Origin: Marsupella aquatica
Lineage: Eukaryota; Plantae; Marchantiophyta
Direction of reading: 5' to 3'
Assembly: GCA_973895155.1 (NCBI GenBank)
Contig: OZ316893.1
Coordinates: forward strand, 6,147,239 to 6,211,238
Length of the DNA stretch: 64,000 nucleotides
The translations under genes were made by a program, and so were the position numbers. The notes below the pieces were generated by a model. The model was not told where the DNA came from. It did not search any database and saw only the letters and a program-made list of their open reading frames with translations. Below, in pieces: positions 36,301 to 47,566 of this stretch. The number at the start of each line of letters is the position of its first letter. Within the stretch, counting starts at the first letter, position 1.

Positions 36301-39080
36301 AGGATTACCCAACGACGAAGCTGTCGCCCGATGAAGCCGCCTCCAGATGCCCGACCACCACACTCGGCGAGCGCCACACCACATCCCCGACGTGAAACAA
36401 CGCAAACCAACGCAAAAACGCCCGACTTGGCCTCACTAACCCAAAGCACAACACGAAGCGAAGCGCAATACGCAAAACGACATGAAGAACAACACGAGGC
36501 GCACACCAGGCAACGAGCTGAGGGGGAGACTAGACACCCATTAGGAACATTCACATAACCCCACTTAGCACATACGATTAACACTAACTAAGACATGGCA
36601 AAAAGGCTTAACCAGGACATTAGATATGGGAAACCACCTATATAAGTGATGGTAGCACTCTTTCCTCGAGAAGAAAGCGGCGAGGTTTTAATGAGGCTAC
36701 ATCACACAGGTGGACCCCTAAACCGGATTATACCCTAGGTTCAAGAGATGTGGTTACTTTATGCTCCTCCATAAACTAACCAAGGGGGAGTGTTGTAAAC
36801 CCTAGTTTACCCCTTAACCATAGGGCGAGAACCCTTAACCATAGTATGAGAACTCCTAACCATAGGACCAGTATAAGGGCATTTGCCTACCATGTAACCA
36901 AGGGGATATATATATCCCCTCATCAATAGTAATGGATCTTATCTTGTTGGAGTATCTTTGAGCGTTCCTTTAGTTGTCTATTACAACAGCAAGAACATTA
37001 TAAACATGCAATGACATATACACATCACAATAATTACATTGAATGGACAGTGTATACATGATAGAGAATTTTACCTTCATTATCACCTGAAAAAGTAAGA
37101 GATCGCTTTCTACTACCTTGTTTGGTAGCTGTAGTCAACTTACTATGACTAGGTACAACTGTTGGAACTTGTGCATTATTGGTGTGATGTGCCATCCACG
37201 TAGTCATCATGTTTGTCAACTCTCTCACAGTGCCTTTCAACTCATCAACATCCAATTTCACAGCCCCAATGGCAGTGATCTCTTCTTTTGAATGTGGGGT
37301 CTGTAAATGAACCACAAACCAACACAACATTCTCACTATCAAACTTACAAATGACACAACACTCTATCAAATGGAGAATGATGTACAAATCAAATTGGTA
37401 TGACAATACTCACAGCTGATCCATGTCTGTTTCCTCGCCCCAGTAAGCTAGCACTTTTACCCTCCCCACTTGCCAATGATGGGCTCACCTTTGCTCCCAC
37501 AAAACTACCAGTCTGACCTTCTGCACTTGCCAATGATGGGCTCATTGTCACCTTTGGCAATGAACCCTGACTACCATGGTTTTCTTTCAGGTCAGATATA
37601 CCTGGGCTTGATCCTCTCTTCTGCTTCTGTTCAAACACACAATGAATGAGAATCACAGAGTCTGTTTTCATCAAGATTCACAAACAAGACAGAATTGATA
37701 GTGAAAATGATACAGGCCACAATTTACCATTCTCTTTGCTGCTGCAACATGCCCTCCTCTTCCAAAGTGAGAGGTATCTTGCACTCGTGCTCTTTTATCA
37801 GTCATCTGTTTACTCAAAGATATCAATGCTGGACTGGTAAAATGAGATACCAAAGCTGCCCATTTCTTTGGATCAACACCAGATGGCCCAGGTTTGGTTG
37901 GATCCTCATTGCAAACTTTCTTCCAGTAAACATGCATTTTATGGCGCTCTCTCTTCAATATGCCACAACAATGACTCTGGAATTTGGTCTTAATAAATTC
38001 CCCACCCACATACTTCCACTCAGCTGCCATGTTATTCCACACTGTGGTTGTATGAACTTGTGGATGATCAGTCCATTTTGGCTTTGATACATCAAAGACT
38101 CTGAGTACGTTGCCACGAAGTTCCTCCAGCCAGTATTGTTTGTTGCCATCAGAATCATCAATATCATTGTCATAAATCTGCATTTCACAGACAATGTCAG
38201 ATCATAACTCTGGAATTTATGCACAGTCCAGGTTTTATACACACAACACCAGAGAGGATCAGATTTGTCTAAATCTACATTCAAAAAAAGTACAATACTC
38301 ACTTTAATGTGTTTGGGCAAATCTCCGCAATCCCTTCGTTGTTTGGCAGTATTGTCAAACTGCTTCTTAGCATGCCTTCGTTCCCTGCGCATCTCAGAGG
38401 CCCCGCCTGCAATGCACACACATGCATTCAATCAAAAAATATGTACATGATTGAAAAGTACAGCAAATGCATAGTTTGCATATGCATGACGAGCAGATTG
38501 TGTATTACCTGAAGATCCTCTGGAATGTAGTACATCAGATTGACCTGATCTGCCTTCAGATGCTGATGGAACCACTAAACAAACACACAACACCAAAGCA
38601 CTTCAATTAATTTCATTTCCAAGTAGAATATCAACTTCCAAACACACCTGAAAAGTAGAACAGTACAATCCACTCACTTTCATATAAGAGTCCAGTGTCT
38701 GGGTCTTTCCAACATCTCACCAGCCCACCTCCACCAGGCCCAGTCTTCTTAGGACCACGATTTTGTTTCTGTACCTACATCATGGACAACGTAAGCATAT
38801 CAACATATAATTTGAAAAAGGGACAAGGATCCCTTCCTATTAGGATGATGAAGTTCAAGCATTACCTGTTCACTCTCTGGTTCTGACCCTCTAAGGTCAC
38901 AATCCTCAGTGTCATACCCAGAAGGAGAACCATAGCCATCATCACCAGACTCTGCCATGTTCACCTTGGTAACTTCTGATAGTCTAGAGCTCCTCCTCTT
39001 TGGCAATGTTTCAGTTGAAGTACCTTTCACCAAAGAAGGCTTTCCTCTCTCTCGTTGTACATGTGTGGTTGGGCCTCTAA
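30356..39080 (-). CDS. CACTA TnpA-like multi-exon gene (Ptta/En-Spm type), interrupted in an intron by copia-B
   Basis: Exon 37671-38183 (KPKWTDHP..W..LKRERHKMH..W..PSGVDPKKWAALVSHF..RARV...HFGRGG). GT-AG boundaries at 37074/31024 and 30697/30617. Last exon FARGDLVK..VAEGEV..H..LRVRV..LPF..L..W. The 5' exons are approximate. Confidence 0.7.
31115..31312 (+). repeat. 5' LTR of copia-B
   Basis: Identical by eye to 36791-36988; contains 3 x 21-bp repeats and a palindromic TATA box. Confidence 0.95.
31673..36286 (+). CDS. Bianca-type Gag-Pol polyprotein (frame open from 31559; first ATG at 31673)
   Basis: Motifs LKVDGSNYLTW, CYRCGKIGHIRNAC, IIDSGTSHTIL, WHCRLGHPG, ADICGPIDPPSGPF, RVDGAGEF, QNGIAE, RLVAKGYTQ, LYVDD, YTDAGYLSDP, RTKHIDPKYFF; uninterrupted. 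Confidence 0.95.
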   Translation: MNTVEKLLWPALKVDGSNYLTWITDVETYFTSQDLEDTLDTDIDVTLKQKAKAAFLLRQHLTPQLKNEYMNEINPRKLWDLLKARFDHMREIWLPEARRDWHNLRVMDHTTIANYNSALCRITSQLEMCGHPINDIDRIDKTLSTFPESNITLGTQYRNMRFTKYSDLIAHLLVEEKQQIVALQNARKRPAGSDPPPHRPETHYTNYEDKQRGNYRGGRTQFRGGRNQFRGGRNQFRGQGKPYNRPSGSNNTWRRGTMNNRGRGRSNQYDTANNSQKMCYRCGKIGHIRNACAATEQEAHRYINDRNKSRQNPQGHYMEIEEELIASQREETQEQIEVHTSLTDWKYPTLDDPDTGIIDSGTSHTILKHSKYFEAITPSSRAITTIAGLNHIEEGKGRATFILPGGTKITVKSAIYAPKATRNLISFQDIRSNNLQLRTNTQGKTETLQIIQDIQGKPSIKETFALIPPGLYATSIQTFHIHQESEDMTYIWHCRLGHPGTTMYNRIIRDSKGIPKTVKPKVKTACIACSQGKMTIRPSIPKTIFSIPQFLEQINADICGPIDPPSGPFKYFLVIIDSSTKWLQISLLSTRNLAFARILAHILKLRAQFPEYPTRRLRVDGAGEFTSRTFDDFCWAAGIDTQYPVPHVHFQNGIAESVIKRLQMVARPLLMKSNLPTSAWGHAILHAAALIQYRPSAYNSKTPYHLAFGIPPDLSHLRVFGCQVMVPILGPKRTKLGPQRNAGIYVGFDSTSIIRYLEPTTADLFKARHQDCHFYEDQFPQLTNTASTQSKDTTKMPINWKADQNRNDPRTKQADEEVRRLLHLHEMLEKIPDSFNDAANVTRSHNLAANAPSRVQTSSTPANVTAPRAKRGRPPGIKDSQPRQRKTPAANLGTPALEPAITLNVTAINQNDPLSEENEEMSITYMQTGNIYKRLTTQIDEQFAYNVIQEITNDIPDPLTINEAKKQPDWPKWQAAIHTEMDALIKRQVFGPFKMALPGTHYTDSRFTFLKKRNEKGIVVRYRARLVAKGYTQIPGRDYDLTYSPVMDATTYRYLTAHSVHHKLVNNLMDVVTAYLYGTLDTEIYMTAPPELIERVKQHIQGETSQNLNTEIKKGISHIIPDGDTKALLMQSGNTQAMHTRGKKLTTKLTVQVLRSINGLKQSGRIWYQKFQTEMLALGFTNSGLAPCIFIKKHMDEVLILALYVDDVNLFGTKQMMKDTIHTLKGVFEMKDLGRPNHCLGLQIEHLETGIFLYQSTYTQKILHQFNMQKSYPVSTPMELRSLDPIKDMFRKRQEDEPILGSEKPYLSAVGALMYLANQTRPDISFAVSLLARHSAQPTIRHWNGIKRIMRYLQGTIDLGLFFPKNSPDTLTGYTDAGYLSDPQDSKSQTGYVFLQGTTAISWRSSKQTMTTTSSNHSEIIALYEACREAVWLRSIINHIRSSTGKPQITEPTTIYEDNKACIDQITNGILKTERTKHIDPKYFFTQEQQGKSINVAWIKSQDNRADMFTKPLPAGLHRAHLEGIGMSRLSTIKPTS
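36791..36988 (+). repeat. 3' LTR of copia-B
   Basis: Direct repeat of 31115-31312, followed by GCAAG. Confidence 0.95.
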
Positions 39081-39501
39081 GGAACAAAGCAATCATCAAC
39101 ATACACCAATGCAGATCAAACATACATGCAAAATGAATCTACAACACCGTAACACTAGTACTTATGTACAGGATCCATACTAGTATGAGACCAATCTGGA
39201 ATATGAAAACAGAACATGAACCTGACAACTCCATCTACTGAATCAAATTTGCAACAGACATATTAACACACACATCAGCTTGCAGTCTGGCCCCAGTCCT
39301 AATTCACGCATAATTCTGACATTATGCTCTATGTTTCGATTTCGGGCCTCCTCATAAGGATTCACAGAATGTGACAACCCCTGCAATCTTCCTTTCACAG
39401 GCTGCATTCACCAACTGCACAAATGGGTAAACCATTAGTCTGATTTCATATATAGTCCATACATGTAGTCCATCTATGGACTTCACACACCTAAAACCTA
39501 T

Positions 39502-42500
39502 TCACTGCTTAGGCCTACCCTTTCTTGCAGATCCCTCTGCATCTCTGCCTCGTTTGGGACCAGTATTTAGTCTTGGATTTGCTCTGGACCTACAGGCCTT
39601 AGCCAATTCGATGTGTAATTTGGCATTGTTTTCCATTGTAGCATGGAAATCAACGTCTGTGTAATCACCTAACACCCTTGTGGACCTGGATTCTTTGTGG
39701 AGGATTGTTCTCCATGCTATCCCGGTGGAAGAAAACCTGCTCCACTTGCTTTGGGAAAACATAATCCATTTTCTTGGACACACCCAGTTCTCTATGGAAA
39801 TTCACCTACCAAAGACCAGACTCGGAATACCTCATACTGGCAGAGGATTTAGGAGTCCATGATGGATCTGCCCATTTCCCTTTGAAAAGAATCACCTCTT
39901 TCCTCAAGCTGCCGTAATTCAGTACTAAGATATCTGTCAAGGCCCCTACATACTGTATAGATTCTTCTATGGTTGCACCAGACCTGTCCACTCGCTTCTC
40001 AGTGAATGTAGAAGCCATCCCAGAATCAAAAGTGCTGAAAGCACCAGAATCACAATCACTCAAACACCCCAAGGATGGAATAGTCCTCCAATGGTGCCCA
40101 TAGGCTCTGCATGCCCTATACAGTCGTGCCTTCAAACTAGGTGGTGTGGAGTATGCAGATAGTAATGACCGCTCAGACTCTTTTTCAAAATTATGGGTAT
40201 TGACTAATGTTTGAAACCATTCCCTAAAAGGTGACAATTCTTGGCAATCAGCGGGAAATTCCACTGGTTTTCTTCGATTGGTAGGCTTCCTCATCCATTC
40301 CTTCCGGAAATCCACTCTTCATTTGGTAACAGTCTCATTGGTAGCATCATATATCCTGCATGGCAACAACAACACTGAAGACATTAGTGCATGATCCACC
40401 ATGAATATACAAACACAATGGGGCAACATAATTTAGGGTTTATGTACCTGTACCATGGAGCCACTGTCTCTTCATTCTCCAATATATAATGATGCATGGC
40501 CATCATTTCAGACCAATCCAAAGTTATCGCCTTTGCAGCCCCTTCCAAAACAATGCCTGCAACGCCAGCATCCTCCTCCAACTCCCAGGTTCGTTTTCCC
40601 TCTCCCTTTGCATCAATCATGTATTCAAAAAGGAATCCCAAAGACTCATCTAATACATAGCCTTCAGCCATAGAAGCTTCTGGACGTGCCTTGTTTCGTA
40701 CATAACCCTTCAATACCTTCAGGTTCCTCTCTATTGGGTACATCCATCTGCCTGTAACTGGGCCACACAAGTCTAATTCCTCCACTAGGTGAATCATTAA
40801 ATGGGTCATGACATCAAAGAAGCTTGGTGGAAAATGGATTTCCAAAATGCAGAGAGTGAATGCAACATCCATCATCAAATTCTCATACATTGAAGGGTCC
40901 CACACCTTCGTTCAGATCTGGCGATAGATATTGCTCACCCCAGCTATGGCCAAGCGAACCCCTTCATCAAGTAATCCCATTGTTGCCAGAGGGAGAATCT
41001 GTTGCATGAGTTGGTGGAAATCATGTGATTTCAACCCAGAGAGTTTCTTGGATTTTGTAACACACTTTGCCAAAGAACTTGAAAAACCAGTGGGCCCTTT
41101 CAAGGTCAATAAAACCTCCAAGAACCTTGTTCTTTCCTTCTTGCTCAGGCAATATGGGGCTGGGGGCATCAACAATTTGTCATCCTTATGCTTGGGAGCT
41201 GGATTGGGTACAAGCCATAGGTGTTGGCGCACCTGTAAGAGCTTCATGTCTTCTCTCACAGAAGGAGTGTCCTTGGTCCCAATGATAGTGTGCACAATGT
41301 TGTGTGCAAGATTCTTCTCACAGTGCATGGGATCTAGACAATGGTTAATGAGTAGTTTCTACAGTGGACACACAATTCAGAAATTAGGGCATTGAATACA
41401 ACTTTTGGCATCACTGGGCAGTAGTTTGTGCAGTGGACACAATTCAGAAATTACTGCATTGAATACAACAATTACAAAATCTGGGGTACAGGAAGTATAT
41501 GAAGAGAATATATTTCAAAGTCATATGAAGAGATTGCAGAAATTCATTGTAGTAGTATGGAGTCTTACATTCCAATAGGGTAACTTGTACAGACCAGTAG
41601 CCCTCTTCACTCCATGCACCTTTATGGGGCATTTCTCATCCTCGACCTTGGTTCCTCCCTTCTTCAAATATTCTGTTGTCTCGTCTCCCCACTTCTTTCT
41701 ATCAGAGCTTGTCATTCTACACGGTGTAGGTCGACTCTCAATTGCACCATCAAAGTATTGTGCACTGTCTGGTCTACGAAAAAGATGCCTTGTTGCTAAC
41801 CATCGACGGTGGCCACTGTACTCTAATTTCTGCAAGTGCTTAGAACCACGTGCCACACATTCTGGCCCACAGATGACACATCCTTTGTATCCAGAGTGTT
41901 GTTGTCTAGATATTAAACCATATGCAGGGTAATCATTGATTGTCCACAATAGCACAGCCCTAAGGTTGAAGTGTTGAGACAATCCTGGGCGTGGCAATTT
42001 GTCAAAGCAGGGCACTCCTTTCTTCCACAACAGCTCCAGCTCCTCATAGAATGGGCCCAATATTATGTCCAGTTGTTCCTCTGTTACTGAATCAGGTCCT
42101 GGAATCAGCATAGCTAGCATGACAAAGAACTTCTTGGTGGTAAGCCAAGGAGGTAAATTGTAATTCAACAACAGTATTGGCCAGGTAGACCAAGCTGTGG
42201 AATTATTCCCAAAGGGATTCACCCCATCAAGTGCCAACCCAAATCGCACATTCCTTGGTTCAGCTGCAAATTTCCGATCAATATTTGTATCCACATGCTT
42301 CCAAGCCTTTGAATCTGCTGCGTGCCGAACCATGTTGTCTGTGCTTCTATTCTCATGATGCCAAGTCATGAGTTTAGATGTACCAACAATGGCATACAAT
42401 CTCTTCAACCTGGGAATTATAGGGAAATACCGCACCACCTTCCTTGCCTGTAATGAATTCCCCACTCTCTTCATCTTGGGCTGCTGACACACTGAACAGT

Positions 42501-43428
42501 TTTCTAACTTGGCATTCTCACCCCTAAAGAGCATGCAACCTTTCTCACAGACAGGGATTCTCTCATAATCCAAGCCAAGCTTTCTCAATAGCTGCTTTGC
42601 AGCATATAAGTTCTTGGGCAGATTATGCTCTGCAGGCATACCATGCTCCCCCATCAAAGACAACAATGCATTCACTCCTTTGTTTGAGAATCCATGGCCA
42701 TGACAGATGTTCAGCAGAAGCAACATGAATGACACAACATCTATTTTGCTGCCTGGGAACAAAGGTTGCATTGTTGCATCTAAAGATAACTGTGCAGGAT
42801 CAGTCTCCATAGGAGTTTCAGAGGTTTCAAGGGGGTTTACAGGATGGGCACCTCCTTCACTCTCATCATCCCCAAGTATAAAATCCAAGTCAAAACGGTC
42901 CTGATCATCTAGTTCATGCTCAGGGGATTCTTCATTGGTTCTCGACAGCGTTTCTTCTAGTAGAGCCCTGATATGTTCTTCGACATCTATAGTAGGATGT
43001 TCTGGAACATCCACAGTTGGATACTCTGGAACATCTACAAATAAATGTTCTTCAACATCTACAGTTGGCTGTTGTGCACAGGATGCCTGCTGAAGGTTTG
43101 CTACCCTCAATGCCTCAGGGCCATGTTGTGACATGTAGTCAGCACCCCACTCTTCATCAGAAGAGTCCTGTCCCTCTCCCACCCACACTCGACATGCAGG
43201 GTACCAACCATGTTTAATAAGGTGTAGTCTAGCAGTATTCCGATTAGTCCTATAATTCCCTTTGCAGTTCACACAAGGGCAGTACATCTTATGGTCCCCA
43301 CTCTTGTGGCAGGCCTTCTGTTCTCGAACCCACAAAGCATCATCACGATGTTGTACTCTAGCTGGATGGAAGAGCGGCAACTTTGGAGTTCTACCCACAC
43401 CTAACGTATTCTGTGGCAATTGTGCCAT
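39502..43428 (-). pseudogene. CACTA TnpD/Tnp2 transposase (Transposase_21, DUF4218 and DUF4216-type regions) with premature stops
   Basis: Motifs YCPCVNC, RYFPIIPRLKRL, RNVRFGLALDGVNPF, WTINDYPAYG, LDPMHCEKN, GLKSHDFH, FPPSFFDVMTHL, RWMYPIER, VFPKQVEQVFF. Introns 41568-41359 and 40447-40356. In-frame stops near 40912, 40320 and 39806, and a late frameshift. Confidence 0.9.
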
Positions 43429-44028
43429 GCTAGCTTGATTGAAATTGTATTCAAACTATGATTTTCAAACTGAATCAGTGTGACATGCATACAAAATTGG
43501 GCCTACCGTCACAGTTGTACAACCGATGCCAACCACAGTCCAATTGCTCAAACCCACAGAGCCCAGTTTCTCAAATCCATTGTAGTGGGGCACCTTCTCC
43601 TTCTTGCATACAAATAGAGCATCACATACAGTGTCATCAGAATGATACTATGAACGTAAATCTCTATGCCTTCATCATTTCCAGTATTTGTTTGCCTATT
43701 AGGAATGTGAGCAGACAAGTCTGGAATAAGTAATGTTTGTGACACCAGTGACAAATTTACAAGTGAAGTTTAGACATCAACAATGACCCAAGTCACACTC
43801 AAAGCACATGCATGAAAATCGGAATCCTACCCTGGAAAAGATAGTAAAGTTGATTTCTCAAAATTAATTGCCTCAATCCGCAATGCACTGTCGTAGAGTG
43901 TGTATACATGAGGAGTTCATCAAACTGCATATAAATAGTCCACATGTTTTAGCACTCTGAAAATTGTTGAAGTCCACGTGAAACCATCAAAAAACTCTAT
44001 CTCAAGTTTGTGTTCCATCCAGCCTCAA

Positions 44029-44700
44029 TCAAATCCAAGATATGTGACTCCTAGTAGGAGTGCCTAGTGTAGGGTCAATGTCATGGTCAGGACAGTAAAA
44101 CATCCCCTTCTTGGGCTGCCCATGCGCTGAGTGATCCCAAATTGTTTGATCATGGGCAAATCCCCTCTGCTGGATAAATAGCAGGCAGTCCTTGTGCCAT
44201 GCCTTAGGACACCTCATGCACTGAACCAAAAAGCCATTAGCCCCATCATTGGGCCCCTGTCCACAAGTAAGTCAAATATGGAGTCCACATGATGCTGTGC
44301 CAGGAACCAAACACTGCTAACAGTCAAACCGGGCACAGAGAGGGTCTGGACATTTTCTTACCTCTTCACCCATTTTTCCAGACACATGGCACTTAAAGCA
44401 AGAATGTTCCTCATTCTTGCAATCAACACAAAGCCATTCTCCAACATGGCCATCAGCCAGGGATATAGTTGGACATAGCCATTGCTGACCCAAAGGACAG
44501 GAAACATTCTTATGGAAATGTCGGTGGCAAGGCCCATCACAAACAATGAGATCCCCTCCCTCATCACAAATCGCACATACATGTGGACTATTCTGGTTAA
44601 TCTCAATGTCTGAGTATAAGGACAATTGAGGTGCTTGAGAGGATTCACCTCTGCAATGATTCATGGCCTTCTGCTTATTGCAAGCCATGGTCCTGCACAC
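44029..44700 (-). pseudogene. EDM2/NSD-type triple PHD-finger module carried inside the CACTA (two in-frame stops)
   Basis: One frame reads VCAICDEGGDLIVCDGPCHRHFH..WLCVDCKNEEHSCFKC..EVRKCPDPLCARFDC*QC..CGLHI*LTC..VQCMRCPKAWHKDCL..W..MFYCPDHDIDPTLGTPTRSHI, matching the cysteine spacing and C-terminal YC.EHEID...TP.R.H motif of the EDM2 PHD region as recalled. Confidence 0.75.
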
Positions 44701-47039
44701 TCAGACCCTACATCAGATTGTGAAACAAGAAGGAATAATAGGGTGCAGCATGACACACAAGAATGAGGGTGCAGCATAAAATATGACATGTAACCACAAG
44801 GGTGCAGCACAAACCAATGCTTTATGGATGGCAAAGCATTTAGGACTGAGCAGTGCAAATAACCGTGGCCTATGATTGGAAGCAATCACAAATATTGCAA
44901 CCTGTATGCCTTTGCTTCCTGTACAGCAGTGCTCACTCACCCTGCCTTTTTAAAATCTATAAGGGCAACAGAACAAATAGCAATTGAGTTTCAGCAAAGC
45001 ATTCATTTGGCTCTCAAGTTTTAAAATGGACAGAGCAAACACAACAATGTGCACAACAAAGCACAGAGAGCAACAAAACTCCAGCGAACTGGGACTCAGG
45101 CAAGAGATACAAATTTTAGCAGTGAAATCAAATCAAGATTCGGACCAGTAAGTTCATTATGCAGTGCTCAATCACCCTGCCCTTTTTTAAATCTGTAAAA
45201 ATCAAGTTTTATTGCGTGCCTTCTACATCTTAAGCTGCTGCACACATCTGTTACAGAACCATAAGTTGCTTTACTCTCAACAAGCTGCTGGTCCACCCAC
45301 TTTTTCAAAAGCTGCACCGTACTCTATCTTCGTGCAGTCGTGGCATTACCGGGCTGCTGTCAGAGACCCTTACGAAGAATTTAAAATTGACCAATCTGAT
45401 TTTAGTTTAGTTTTGTCCAGTTTGCAGACCAAAGGAAATCATGTGTGAACGTCAGACAGTTAGTTGTAAATTACCATAGTTGAAGAGCAAGGCTTGTACA
45501 AAAGCCACTGAGGAATTCTCTGAGGTGGCACAGCAGTTGGCAAACCACACACGAAACTCTGAAACTTTTTGGCGACAGAATTCTACAGAGTCGCTGCTGG
45601 AATCCAGTGAGGATTCACCATACATGCCTGCACTTCTCTTCAGTAAAAAAAAAGTTGCTGAAAGTGCCAACGGCAAGGAGACGAAAAGTGAAGAAATGAG
45701 AAGTCTTTGGCACATTGATAACTAGTATGGTCCTCGGACTTCAGATGCAAGAAAGGAAATGGAAGAGACAAAAAAATCTGTGAAAGAAAGTAGAGCGCAA
45801 CAGAGATCCAACATACGCAGATTTGGATTGTGGGAACAGATGTTTGACGCAGATTTTCCAGCAAGGGTTAGCAAGTAGTCTAGTACTTACTAGTACTTAC
45901 ATTGTTCGATCGCAGCTCACTCATTCAGAGGAAAACAAATCCTCAAATTAATGCTCTACATTGCCTTTTTCCTCATGCATGGATAGAGCCAATGTCTGTT
46001 GAGAATCTTTTACAATTGTTATGAAGCAAAGTACTTGCTAGACGGCCTGGTCGCTCATACAGAGCAAAACAATGCTCAAATTAATGCTCTAGATTGGCTT
46101 GGCACTCCCCATGCATGGATTGTATGCTGTTGGCAGTGCGCTAGCTGGCCCCTTGGTATGAATGAACTTACCCCACAACAGAGCACATAGTTACTCCGCT
46201 CGCACATCAATATCACCATTCTTATTTTGTCAAAGATAAGGAAATTATCTTAGGGCTTGAATTTTTAAGTAGAAGAGGAAGTGCACTTTAGGGTGTCCAA
46301 AAATTCTCCGATGTGTTTGTCAGTAAAGTCCACAGTACCACAATTGCCACAACTTAAGGTTGCCGTTGAGCGAACATTACTAGTTGGATGGATTGTGAAA
46401 ATGGTGATGGCCCCACCTTCATGGCTGCCGATTGCTACGTTCAGGCATGGATGAAACCGAGAGGAGCAACAGTAGTCATGTTTCACACCAACGAACGGCT
46501 GAATTGAGATCTGAGGAAACGATCTTGGTGCTGAGGGGCAGAGAATAACAAACAGAAAATGCACTTGTAGGGATCCGCAACAAATGAATTGTGCAATCAA
46601 AATGGAATATCAATCAAACGTATATGAAACGCTCAGTCTACGCTTAGCCGGCACTTTCATCCAGAGAGTGTGCTTTTCACCATTCAAATCAAATTCCGCA
46701 AACTATAACAGACAAGCACAGTTGGCAATTGACAGACCAAGCATAGTGCCCAGAAATAGACTACAAATCAGCAATAGAACTCACTCTGCATTCCTCCCAA
46801 CAGCCCTAGATTATTGTGAGTAGAATGGAACGGGATTTTTATTGGTGTTCAACAGAAGAAATCTGTCTCTAGATGTGGACGCTCTAGAGGCTCTAGAAGA
46901 GAAAATTCAGTGTCACAGAATGAAACGCGGTGGCATTAGCATGCAGTAGAACAAATCTCTTCGTGGGAAATGAGAAGCTTGACTCCCAATTAAAGTCCCA
47001 AAAAGACAAGAAGCTCACTCTACGAATGGAGATGGAGGG

Positions 47040-47262
47040 GAACTCGTCCTCCGCTCGCAGCTCGTCCTCTGCTCGCAGCTCAGCCCGAGCTCGTCCTCCG
47101 CTCGTAGCTCAGCCTCCGCTCGTCCTCCGCTTGCAGCCCGAGCTCATCCTTCGCTATCCGCTCGTCCTTGGCTTGCAACTCGTCCTCTGCTCGCAGCTCA
47201 GCCCTCCGCTCGTCCTCCGCTCTCCGCTCGTCCTCCGCTTGCAGCACGTCCTCCGCTCCTCA
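47040..47262. repeat. Degenerate CTCGTCCTCCG(CTCGCAG) short-unit array
   Basis: About 10 imperfect copies in the CACTA 5' region. Confidence 0.8.
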
Positions 47263-47298
47263 CCTGCAACTTGGAGGAAATGTAAAGAAGCTATTGCA

Positions 47299-47566
47299 AT
47301 GCCAATCAATCAAAGCTCCTGGAAACATGTAGCGCCCAAGTCCTACCGAGGTGCTCCGCCGAACGTGCGCAACACACTCAAAAACAATGGCAGCCTGAAT
47401 GGCTTCGGGTCGGAGCTCCTCCTCTAAAGCATGCCAATCAATCAAAGCTCCTGGAAACATGTAGCGCCCAAGTCCTACCGAGGTGCTCCGCCGAACGTGC
47501 GCAACACACTCAAAAACAATGGCAGCCTGAATGGCTTCGGGTCGGAGCTCCTCCTCTAAAGCATGC
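47299..47566. repeat. Perfect 132-bp tandem duplication
   Basis: ATGCCAATCAATCAAAGC...CCTCTAAAGC at 47299 and 47431. Confidence 0.92.

Larger units (their letters stand above)
31115..36988 (+). mobile_element. Full-length Bianca-like Ty1/copia retrotransposon (copia-B) nested in the CACTA
   Basis: 198-bp LTRs at 31115-31312 and 36791-36988 (TGTTGTAA...TTACAACA); GCAAG TSD; PBS CGTTATCAGCACG as in Bianca-lineage elements; PPT AAGGGGGAG at 36782-36790. Confidence 0.95.

Noticed and set aside
45212-46823. Short ORFs inside the CACTA as further captured gene fragments
   Set aside because: No recognisable motif; cannot be supported without a database search.
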